64,000 nt of DNA from Schaedlerella sp. GTDB taxonomy: Bacteria > Bacillota > Clostridia > Lachnospirales > Lachnospiraceae. Shown piece after piece: positions 38,484 through 46,592 of the stretch; position 1 is the first letter of the stretch; each line of letters opens with the position of its first letter. The DNA is taken from NCBI GenBank assembly GCA_052272205.1, contig DAVZKO010000001.1, forward strand, positions 33,262 through 97,261, read 5' to 3'. The notes beneath the pieces are model-generated. The model saw nothing but the letters and a program-made list of their open reading frames with translations. It was not told where the DNA came from and did not search any database. Both the position numbers and the translations under genes were made by a program.

Positions 38484-40328
38484 ATGAAAGTGGAGATTCG
38501 AGAAAAGGTAAAGAAAATATTATTAATAATGGGAGCTGTTTTAGGAGCATTACTATCGACTATAGGAACATTGTTATATTTTAGTATTAAATGGATGTTT
38601 AAAACATGGACAAATCTAACAATGGATGAATTAGTATACCATATGACAGCTCCATTAGAGGGAACAAATGATGGAATGATTCAGGAATATCTGGATGTAT
38701 GTGCAGTACCGGCTATTTTGATGTTGTTATTAGTCGTAATTTTATTTATTGCATGGAGAACAAAAAAACGTTGGTATATTGTTATGGGGGCATCTATCAT
38801 TGTTCCGATAATTGTAAGTGGAGTTTCAGTGCATGGAGCATGGAATGAATTAGATGTTGGAAGTTTTGTGGATGGACAAAGCACATATTCATCGTTTATT
38901 GATGATAATTATGTTGACCCGGCCGATGTAGCATTGACATTTCCAGAGCAAAAGAGAAATTTAATTTATATCTTCCTAGAATCAGTGGAAATGACATACG
39001 CAGATAAAGAAAATGGTGGTGCATTTGATAAAAACGTAATTCCGGAACTTACAGAGTTAGCACAGGCGAACGAAGATTTTTCAGGGGAAGATAAAGAACT
39101 GAATGGCGGTTATGCAATGACAGGTGCAACATGGACAATGGGTGCTATGTTTGCACAAACGTCAGGTATACCATTGAGTATTTCCATTGATGGAAATGAT
39201 ATGAATACACAGGAACATTTTTTTGCAGGAGCAGTTACTTTAGGTGATATTCTGGAGAGCGCAGGGTATTGCCAGAATCTTATGATTGGTTCAGATGCAA
39301 CCTTTGGAGGAAGAAGATTATATTTTACAGAGCATGGAAATTATAATATTTATGATTATAACTATGCAAATGAAAATGGTCTGATTCCACCGGATTACCG
39401 TGTGTGGTGGGGCTATGAAGATGAGAAGCTATTTAGCTTTGCAAAAGATAAATTAACAGAGTTATCACAGCAAAGCGTCCCATTTAATTTAACGTTGTTG
39501 ACGGTCGATACACATTTTGAAGATGGATACCCATGTGAATTGTGTACAGATGAATTTGGAGATAATCAGTATGCGAATGTTATGGCATGTTCAAGCAGAC
39601 AGGTGAAAGAATTGGTTGACTGGATTCAACAACAAGATTTTTATGAAAATACAACAATTGTGATTTCAGGAGATCATCCGACGATGGATAAAGATTTTTG
39701 TGAAGATGTAGACGAAGATTATACAAGAAAAGTTTATACTACATATATTAATCCGGCAGCGGAACTTGAAACAACAGAGAAAAGAAATTATACAACATTT
39801 GATAATTTCCCAACAACGTTGGCTGCATTGGGAGTTAAAATTGATGGAAATCGTCTCGGTCTGGGTACAAATTTATTTTCATCAACTCAGACATTAACAG
39901 AACGTTTTGGAATCGATAAGATGGAGTCAGAGTTAAAGAAAAAATCCAAAATGATGGAGAAGCTGGGAGATATACGAGAAGTAGAGACTGATATAGGAAC
40001 TCAGACAGTTCAGGAAGAAAATATTCCGGCAGCAGAGTTGTCGATAGGTGATTATGATTATAATTATAGCAGTTTACCGATATCTGTAACTAACATAAGT
40101 AATGTACCAGGGAATATTCAGTCTGTTATGGCAGCAGTATGGAAAGAAGCAGATCAGAGTGATTTACAGTGGGTGGAATTATATCAATTAGAAGATGGAA
40201 GCTATTACGCAGATTTGTATGTAGCAGATTATGGAGAAAATCCAGGAGATTATAATGTTCATATATATGTAATAGATGAATCGGGAACTCCAACCATAGT
40301 TAATGGGCAGATAAAAACTATTAATTAG
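38484..40328 (+). CDS. LtaS/GacH-like sulfatase-family polyol-phosphate transferase with an extra C-terminal beta-rich module
   Basis: Hydrophobic N-terminal helices precede an extracellular alkaline-phosphatase-superfamily domain (IYIFLES..., LLTVDTHFEDGYPC, ISGDHP). The last ~100 aa (VMAAVWKEADQSDLQWVEL...YNVHIYVIDESG) resemble a Bsp-like repeat, which is a tentative call. Confidence 0.7.
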   Translation: MKVEIREKVKKILLIMGAVLGALLSTIGTLLYFSIKWMFKTWTNLTMDELVYHMTAPLEGTNDGMIQEYLDVCAVPAILMLLLVVILFIAWRTKKRWYIVMGASIIVPIIVSGVSVHGAWNELDVGSFVDGQSTYSSFIDDNYVDPADVALTFPEQKRNLIYIFLESVEMTYADKENGGAFDKNVIPELTELAQANEDFSGEDKELNGGYAMTGATWTMGAMFAQTSGIPLSISIDGNDMNTQEHFFAGAVTLGDILESAGYCQNLMIGSDATFGGRRLYFTEHGNYNIYDYNYANENGLIPPDYRVWWGYEDEKLFSFAKDKLTELSQQSVPFNLTLLTVDTHFEDGYPCELCTDEFGDNQYANVMACSSRQVKELVDWIQQQDFYENTTIVISGDHPTMDKDFCEDVDEDYTRKVYTTYINPAAELETTEKRNYTTFDNFPTTLAALGVKIDGNRLGLGTNLFSSTQTLTERFGIDKMESELKKKSKMMEKLGDIREVETDIGTQTVQEENIPAAELSIGDYDYNYSSLPISVTNISNVPGNIQSVMAAVWKEADQSDLQWVELYQLEDGSYYADLYVADYGENPGDYNVHIYVIDESGTPTIVNGQIKTIN

Positions 40329-40333
40329 CATTT

Positions 40334-40372
40334 AAAAGAACAGTTCCGATGATGAAACTGTTCTTTTATTGC
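40334..40372 (+). terminator. intrinsic terminator after the LtaS-like gene
   Basis: AAAAGAACAGTT / AACTGTTCTTTT perfect 12-bp stem followed by a T-rich tail. Confidence 0.85.
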
Positions 40373-40392
40373 CTTTACAGATGACGAAAAAG

Positions 40393-40421
40393 TTGAATTA
40401 TGTTAAGATGAAAATTAGAAT
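40393..40421 (+). promoter_or_regulatory. sigma-A type promoter of the GH73-ChW gene
   Basis: TTGAAT (40393-40398), 17-nt spacer, TAGAAT (40416-40421). Confidence 0.5.
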
Positions 40422-40453
40422 AAATATTGTAGGAAAGTGGAAGGAGGAAGTTA

Positions 40454-43400
40454 ATGAAACACAAAAGAAGAATAAGTTGGATATTGAGCGTATGTATGTT
40501 GATACTAACTGTTATGACCAGTGGAATAGATGTCTGCGCAGTTGATTTTGATCAAGAATCAGTCCAAGCAACTGAGGATAGTAGTTTGGAAAAAACGGAA
40601 AACGAGGCAACAAAAGAAACAGAAGATATTACTGATGAATTTACAAATTCAGGAGAACCCAACACAGAAGAGTTTGAAGTACGAGAAGACGAAACGATAA
40701 CAAGTATGGATGAAGAAGGTAATGTTTCGGAAGCACCGGATGAGTCGGGACTGCTTGAGATTGATTTATTGAGTAATGATGGAAAGATAGTTAACTTTAA
40801 TACAAAAGGAGCAGTGGTAACAACATACACCGAAGTTGGAACCGGTAACGCCGGGTATACTTGTGGGGCATATGGTGCTGATGCAGCATATCTTGGGACA
40901 GAAAATGGAAAAGTGAAATTTTTGTTATCAGGAGTGACAGGGCTTGTTGATGCAAAAGATGTGCAGGTTGTAAGTGTGGACAGTGCAGCATCTGTTAGTT
41001 ATTATTCTGTTAGTTCAGGACGATTAATACATAATATTACAACAAATATTACACAGGGAAATTATATCACATCATTAGATAACGGACCGGCACCATCGTA
41101 TTTGTCAGAAGGTGTACAATATTATAGTTATGACGGACATTATTTCTATACAAGAGACAGATTTTCAAATATGTTGGATGATTATAAGGCAGGAGTAAGA
41201 ACAAATTCGATTAACAGTTCTTCGCCATATTATAATTATTATCAATATCTTCCTTTGCGAAGCAAAACAGTATATTCAGCAGCTCAATTAAATGAAATTA
41301 TAAATAGCAAAGCAGCCGGATATAAAATGAGTAATACAGGAGATTTGTTTACAAATTATCAAAATACATACGGAGTAAATGCATTAATCGCAGTTGGAAT
41401 TGCAGCAAATGAAAGTGCGTGGGGAAAGAGCAGCATTGCACAGGAAAAAAACAATCTGTTTGGCTTAAATGCTGTGGACGCAGCTCCGGGACAGAGTGCA
41501 AACGCATATGAAAATATTGATGCATGTATTAAAACATTTACAGAGACATATATGTCAAAGAGATATCTAAACCCTAAAAACTGGGTATATTCAGGCGGAT
41601 ATCTTGGTAATAAGGGAAGTGGAATGAATGTAAGATATGCATCAGATCCATATTGGGGAGAAAAGAATGCGAATGTTGCTTGGATGATTGATAAAACGTG
41701 TGGAAATAAAGACAGTAATCGTTATACCATAGGGATAAAAGATGTGATAGGAAATGAACATACAGAGTTAAACGTACGGACAGAGGCAAGTGTTTCATCT
41801 ACTGTAATTCACACAACAAAGGATTATTCAAATCAGGCATTTATTGTTTTAGATTCAAGCCAAGGAAATTTTTATAAGGTACAAAGTGATGCCGCGTTAA
41901 CAGCAAATCGTACCGCTGTTTCGGATGCAGGAAATTATGATTTTTCCAATATGTATGCATATGTTAGTTCAGGGTACGTCAAGAATGTCTTAACAGGTTC
42001 CGGAAATTCAGGTGGCTCAGGAGAATCAGGTGGAAATGAAAATAAACCGGATAATTCCTTAGGTAGTGGAGCAATAGCGGTACCAACGGAACTGGCAGGA
42101 GCAATAGAATACAATGCTCATGTCCGTGACCTCGGTTGGATGGATACAAAGCAAAACGGACAGATGATGGGAACTGTAGGAAAAAATCTTCCGATGGAGG
42201 CAATAACAATTAACATACAAGGTATTGCAGACTTAGGGATTGAATATCAAGTACATGCACAAGATATTGGTTGGATGAAAAGTGTATCTAATGGAGATTT
42301 AGGTGGAACTGTCGGACAGGCAAAAAAATTAGAGGCAATTAAATTTAAATTAACGGGTAATGCTGCATCAAATTATGATTTATATTATAGAGCGCATGTG
42401 ACGAATATTGGCTGGATGGATTGGGCTAAAAATGGAGAATTAGCTGGAACACAAGGATATAATTATGCATTACAGGCGGTTCAGATTGCATTATTGCCAA
42501 AAGGATCAGCAGCACCAGGTGGAACAGAGACACCATATCAGATTAATACAGTCAAAATTGGATATTCTGCACATGTACAGGATGTTGGATGGCAAAACGA
42601 AGTTCTGGGAAGCAAGATTGCAGGAACAACTGGTCAGAATAAAAAAATAGAAGCAATGATTTTGAATGTCAAATCTGATTTGTTAGGAGTGAAATATCGT
42701 TCATATTTGCAGGATACTGGCTGGCAAAATTATCATAAGGATGGTGAAATTGCAGGAACAACAGGGCAGAACCGTCGTATGGAAGCAATTGAAATAGAGC
42801 TTACAGGAAAACAGAAAGATAATTATGATATATATTATCGCGTGCATGTACAAGATTTAGGGTGGCTTGGTTGGGCAAAAAATGGAGAGACAGCCGGAAC
42901 AATGAACTATGCTCTTAAAGTGGAAGCAATTCAGATGTTAATTGTGCCAAAGGGAACGCCAACAATAGAAAATGAACAGAGTTCGTTTAAAAAGAAAAGT
43001 ACAAATATAGAATATAGCACGCATGTGCAAGATATTGGATGGCAAGATGCAGTACAAAATGGAGAGCTGGCAGGTACAACCGGTCAAAATAAACAGGTAG
43101 AAGCAATAAGGATAAATTTGCAATATCCAGAATATTCGGGCGAAATCAAGTATAAAAGTCATATTCAAGATATCGGCTGGCAAAATTACGTGTCAAATGG
43201 TGCTATAAGTGGAACTGTAGGCAGAAATAAAGAAATGGAAGCAATCTGTATTGAGCTTACAGGAGAAATGGCTGAAAAATATGATGTGTATTATCAAGTG
43301 CATGCTAGTGAATTTGGTTGGCTTGGCTGGGCAAAGAATGGAGAAAAAGCAGGAAGTGAAGGATATGCGCGTCAGGTAGAGGCAATTCGTATTCAATTAG

Positions 43401-43456
43401 TAGAAAAAGGTGGAAAAGCACCAGAAGATATCGGAAAAGCATTCTATAAAAAATAA
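40454..43456 (+). CDS. secreted GH73 N-acetylglucosaminidase with an SH3-like module and nine ChW cell-wall-binding repeats
   Basis: Signal peptide present. GH73 core IAANESAWGKSSIAQEKNNLFGLNA. There are nine repeats of the Y-x-x-H-V-Q-D-x-GW-Q...G-x-x-x-GT-x-G-x-x-x-x-x-EA-I type (clostridial hydrophobic W domain). Confidence 0.85.
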   Translation: MKHKRRISWILSVCMLILTVMTSGIDVCAVDFDQESVQATEDSSLEKTENEATKETEDITDEFTNSGEPNTEEFEVREDETITSMDEEGNVSEAPDESGLLEIDLLSNDGKIVNFNTKGAVVTTYTEVGTGNAGYTCGAYGADAAYLGTENGKVKFLLSGVTGLVDAKDVQVVSVDSAASVSYYSVSSGRLIHNITTNITQGNYITSLDNGPAPSYLSEGVQYYSYDGHYFYTRDRFSNMLDDYKAGVRTNSINSSSPYYNYYQYLPLRSKTVYSAAQLNEIINSKAAGYKMSNTGDLFTNYQNTYGVNALIAVGIAANESAWGKSSIAQEKNNLFGLNAVDAAPGQSANAYENIDACIKTFTETYMSKRYLNPKNWVYSGGYLGNKGSGMNVRYASDPYWGEKNANVAWMIDKTCGNKDSNRYTIGIKDVIGNEHTELNVRTEASVSSTVIHTTKDYSNQAFIVLDSSQGNFYKVQSDAALTANRTAVSDAGNYDFSNMYAYVSSGYVKNVLTGSGNSGGSGESGGNENKPDNSLGSGAIAVPTELAGAIEYNAHVRDLGWMDTKQNGQMMGTVGKNLPMEAITINIQGIADLGIEYQVHAQDIGWMKSVSNGDLGGTVGQAKKLEAIKFKLTGNAASNYDLYYRAHVTNIGWMDWAKNGELAGTQGYNYALQAVQIALLPKGSAAPGGTETPYQINTVKIGYSAHVQDVGWQNEVLGSKIAGTTGQNKKIEAMILNVKSDLLGVKYRSYLQDTGWQNYHKDGEIAGTTGQNRRMEAIEIELTGKQKDNYDIYYRVHVQDLGWLGWAKNGETAGTMNYALKVEAIQMLIVPKGTPTIENEQSSFKKKSTNIEYSTHVQDIGWQDAVQNGELAGTTGQNKQVEAIRINLQYPEYSGEIKYKSHIQDIGWQNYVSNGAISGTVGRNKEMEAICIELTGEMAEKYDVYYQVHASEFGWLGWAKNGEKAGSEGYARQVEAIRIQLVEKGGKAPEDIGKAFYKK
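42101..43405 (+). repeat. coding tandem repeats: 9 ChW units organised as 3 triplets
   Basis: Units start YNAHVRDLGW, YQVHAQDIGW, YRAHVTNIGWMDW, YSAHVQDVGW, YRSYLQDTGW, YRVHVQDLGWLGW, YSTHVQDIGW, YKSHIQDIGW and YQVHASEFGWLGW. Confidence 0.85.
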
Positions 43457-43503
43457 AAAAATATAGCATATGTTCGATAAAGGAACATATGCTATATTTT
43501 TTA
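43455..43503. terminator. bidirectional terminator between convergent genes
   Basis: Perfect 15-bp stem ATATAGCATATGTTC / GAACATATGCTATAT with a 7-nt loop, an A-run on the left and a T-run on the right. Confidence 0.9.
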
Positions 43504-44760
43504 TTTATTTTTCTTTTTTTCAAGATATAAAAATATAAAAATCATAAATGCTAATACAAGAAATAGTGCTCCGGCAGAAATGGTATATGCATATGCAGCA
43601 CCTAAAAGGGCGAACTTCTTAACGAGAATTCCAGAGATAAACATGGCAATAGCACTGGCAATTCCGAATCCGACTAATAAATATACCTGTCTGCGCATTA
43701 CAGTCAATATAACTTGTTCAATAACTGCAAAAGCAAAGAAAGCACCGCCAATCAATAATACCACCAATACTTGTGTATATGATGATAAGGAGACACCAAA
43801 TACAATGGATAATATTGGACATCCAAGGATTGCTCCGGCAATGATAATCAATGCAGAGATGAACAGTGCTCCGGCAAAAATTAAACCGCACAAATTTATG
43901 AATTTGCGATATTCTTTATGGACCCAGGATTTAGATAAACGAACTAATAAAGGCTGCAAAGCAAAACCTACAAATAAATTGGTCACAAAGCAAGGCATAA
44001 ATAGATAAGTGTAGTAAGCTTGATCTTTTGCAGTAAGGTAAGTATCGATTGCATATTTTGGTGCATTACCCATGTAAATAAGTAAAAAAGCACTAATACA
44101 CAATGGGAAACATTCTGTTAACAGATTCCAAATTTTATTCCATTGAAAAGAAGGCTTTTCTAAAGGAATAATAATTTTCGTTGAATGAATAAGTACAATT
44201 AATACGATACTTGAAATTATAATGGAAATCAAACAACTTAAAATCAGGCTGTGTGTAAAAATAAGAGTAAGTATAAACCCAAGAACATATGCGCCAATTC
44301 GAATACTCATGATTTTTCCGGAAATATCCAGTCGACCTTTTACCTGATAATATCCACCATAAACATCATCAAATGCATCTGTAACTTTAAGTAAACACAG
44401 CAGAATAGTAATCAGTGCCTTCTCGAAGTAATAACCCTCAAACCATACAAAGCCTAATACAGATACCATCATAATGATATTTGTTACGATTCGGGAAGCT
44501 TCATAAACTTTTATGGAATATTTATTTGTCACATCAGTTGCCTGATAGTTTCGCATTCCATAATTACCAATTGTCAACATCATCTGTGAAGTAGAAAATC
44601 CCAAAGAAAATATCCCGGCATCGGATACACCATTCAGCAAAGTTACGACCCAGAGCAATAGCATTGATACAATAGAGTTCAAACCGCTGGACATCATGTT
44701 CCAAAATACACTTTGTTTTCCAATGTCATCTTCTTTTATCAACCAAAATTTCTTAAACAT
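43501..44760 (-). CDS. polysaccharide/oligosaccharide flippase (MOP superfamily, Wzx-like)
   Basis: 419 aa and almost entirely hydrophobic helices (about 12). The N-terminus ...SVFWNMMSSGLNSIVSMLLLWVV is typical of the polysaccharide biosynthesis protein family. It is the only minus-strand gene. Confidence 0.65.
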   Translation of the reverse strand: MFKKFWLIKEDDIGKQSVFWNMMSSGLNSIVSMLLLWVVTLLNGVSDAGIFSLGFSTSQMMLTIGNYGMRNYQATDVTNKYSIKVYEASRIVTNIIMMVSVLGFVWFEGYYFEKALITILLCLLKVTDAFDDVYGGYYQVKGRLDISGKIMSIRIGAYVLGFILTLIFTHSLILSCLISIIISSIVLIVLIHSTKIIIPLEKPSFQWNKIWNLLTECFPLCISAFLLIYMGNAPKYAIDTYLTAKDQAYYTYLFMPCFVTNLFVGFALQPLLVRLSKSWVHKEYRKFINLCGLIFAGALFISALIIIAGAILGCPILSIVFGVSLSSYTQVLVVLLIGGAFFAFAVIEQVILTVMRRQVYLLVGFGIASAIAMFISGILVKKFALLGAAYAYTISAGALFLVLAFMIFIFLYLEKKKNK

Positions 44761-44930
44761 AATTTACCCCTGTTCTTTATTAAATAAGTGGATTTTATTA
44801 TAACATGAAATAGCAGGTACATAATAATTTATTTAGTAAACCTACTTAGATTTTGATGAACTTACAATAAAATTCTAAATTTTGTTTTGGGAAGGGAAAT
44901 TTTCTGGTGTAAATTCTAATGTAGAAGGGA

Positions 44931-44960
44931 TTGACAAAAAAATGCGGGGGGGGGTATAAT
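44931..44960 (+). promoter_or_regulatory. strong sigma-A promoter of the dlt-like operon
   Basis: TTGACA (44931-44936), 18-nt spacer containing a G9 run, TATAAT (44955-44960). Confidence 0.7.
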
Positions 44961-45017
44961 GGTATGCGTATATTTGTATTTATATACAAGAAATTACAAG
45001 AGGGAGGAAAAACTTCA

Positions 45018-46553
45018 GTGGAAGTAGTTGGATTTGAAAATAAGAAAAATGCAAGTAACGTATTAGAGTATTTAGAAAATTCTGCAATATATTTTCCGGA
45101 TAAGGAAGTGTATGAAGATAAAAATGTCAGTATGACATTTAAGCAGGTAGAAGAAACAGCACAAAGAATTGGTACGTCGCTGGCAATGAAACTTGGAAGA
45201 CATAGAGAGCCTATTGCTGTATTTATGGATAAGTCAGTAAAAGCTATCGTGTCTTTTTTTGGTGTTTTATATAGTGGTAATTTTTACTGTCCGTTGGATG
45301 TGAAAATGCCAATTGAACGTATACAAATTATCATGGATGTACTTTTGCCGGAAATTATTGTTACGGATAAAGAACATAAAGAACTTGCAGAAAGCTTTGC
45401 TAAAAATAGTCAAATTGTTCTTTGGGAAGATATATCAGAACAGGAAATCGATAAAGATATGCTTGGAAATATAAGGATGGATATGACAGAACTAGATCCG
45501 TTATATGTGTTATTTACAAGTGGTTCGACAGGTGTGCCAAAGGGGGTTTTACTTAATCATAGAGTTGTAATAAATTATATGCAATGGTTAGAGCAGACCT
45601 TTGAAATTGATAGTACATCGGTTTTTGGAAATCAAGCCCCGTTTTATTTTGATGTATCAATACATGATATTTATGGAGCAATTTATTTTGGCGCTAAAAT
45701 GGTTATTATCCCACAAAGTTTTTTTGGATTCCCAGTTCGATTAATTGAATATATGAACGAAAAAAGGATATCTACATTTTTATGGGTCCCATCCGCAATG
45801 GCGATTGTTGCAAATCTTCAGACATTTGATGTTGTAGTTCCTCAATATTTAAAACAAATTATGTTTGCAGGAGAGGTATTACAAAGAAAACAATTAGATT
45901 ACTGGGTCAAATATTTACCAGACGCTGTGTATGCAAATCTGTATGGACCAACAGAAACATTTGTATGTACGGCATATATAAGAAATGGAAATGAGCCAGA
46001 GGGACAGCCATTACCAATAGGCGTTCCGGTAGCTAATTCACAGGCACTTCTTTTGAACGAAGAAGGTAATGAAGTTGAGTATGGTGAAGTTGGAGAATTA
46101 TGTATGAGAGGCTCTTGTCTGGCATTAGGATACTATAATAATCCAGAAAGAACAAAGTTGGCATTTGTGCAGAATCCGTTACATCAACGTTATCCAGAAC
46201 GCATCTATCATACTGGAGATTTAGTCCGATATGATGAAACTGGTAACCTGATTTATATTTCCAGAAAAGACTTTCAAATTAAACATATGGGATACCGCAT
46301 TGAGTTAGGTGAGATTGAATCTGCCGGGAATGCAATAGAAGGAATTCGCGATTGTGCATGTATGTATAATACAAAAAGAAAAAAAATAGTATTCTTTTAT
46401 GATGGAATAGAAATGGAAACTAAAAAAATCACAGATGCGTTGGCAACCAGAGTTCCTCAGTATATGATTCCTGGAAAAGTTGTATATATGAAAGTAATGC
46501 CACATAACGCAAATGGAAAAATAGATAGGGCAAAACTGAAAGAATTAGTATAG
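45018..46553 (+). CDS. dltA: DltA-like carrier-protein ligase (adenylate-forming enzyme)
   Basis: Adenylation cores LFTSGSTGVPKG, YGPTE, GELCMRG, YHTGDL, GYRIELGEIE and NGKIDR. I place the start at GTG 45018, 10 nt after GGAGG, which gives 511 aa (typical DltA length). The tracked TTG at 44931 is the -35 box. Confidence 0.75.
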   Translation: MEVVGFENKKNASNVLEYLENSAIYFPDKEVYEDKNVSMTFKQVEETAQRIGTSLAMKLGRHREPIAVFMDKSVKAIVSFFGVLYSGNFYCPLDVKMPIERIQIIMDVLLPEIIVTDKEHKELAESFAKNSQIVLWEDISEQEIDKDMLGNIRMDMTELDPLYVLFTSGSTGVPKGVLLNHRVVINYMQWLEQTFEIDSTSVFGNQAPFYFDVSIHDIYGAIYFGAKMVIIPQSFFGFPVRLIEYMNEKRISTFLWVPSAMAIVANLQTFDVVVPQYLKQIMFAGEVLQRKQLDYWVKYLPDAVYANLYGPTETFVCTAYIRNGNEPEGQPLPIGVPVANSQALLLNEEGNEVEYGEVGELCMRGSCLALGYYNNPERTKLAFVQNPLHQRYPERIYHTGDLVRYDETGNLIYISRKDFQIKHMGYRIELGEIESAGNAIEGIRDCACMYNTKRKKIVFFYDGIEMETKKITDALATRVPQYMIPGKVVYMKVMPHNANGKIDRAKLKELV

Positions 46554-46592
46554 TCTAAAACGAATGGTGCTTAAGAGGAAAGAGGAAAATAC

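Noticed and set aside
44931-45017. N-terminal 29-codon extension of the DltA-like ORF (tracked start TTG at 44931).
   Set aside because: The TTG is the first base of a TTGACA -35 box, with TATAAT 18 nt downstream. Transcription would start inside the extension. A GTG at 45018 with a GGAGG RBS gives a typical DltA length.
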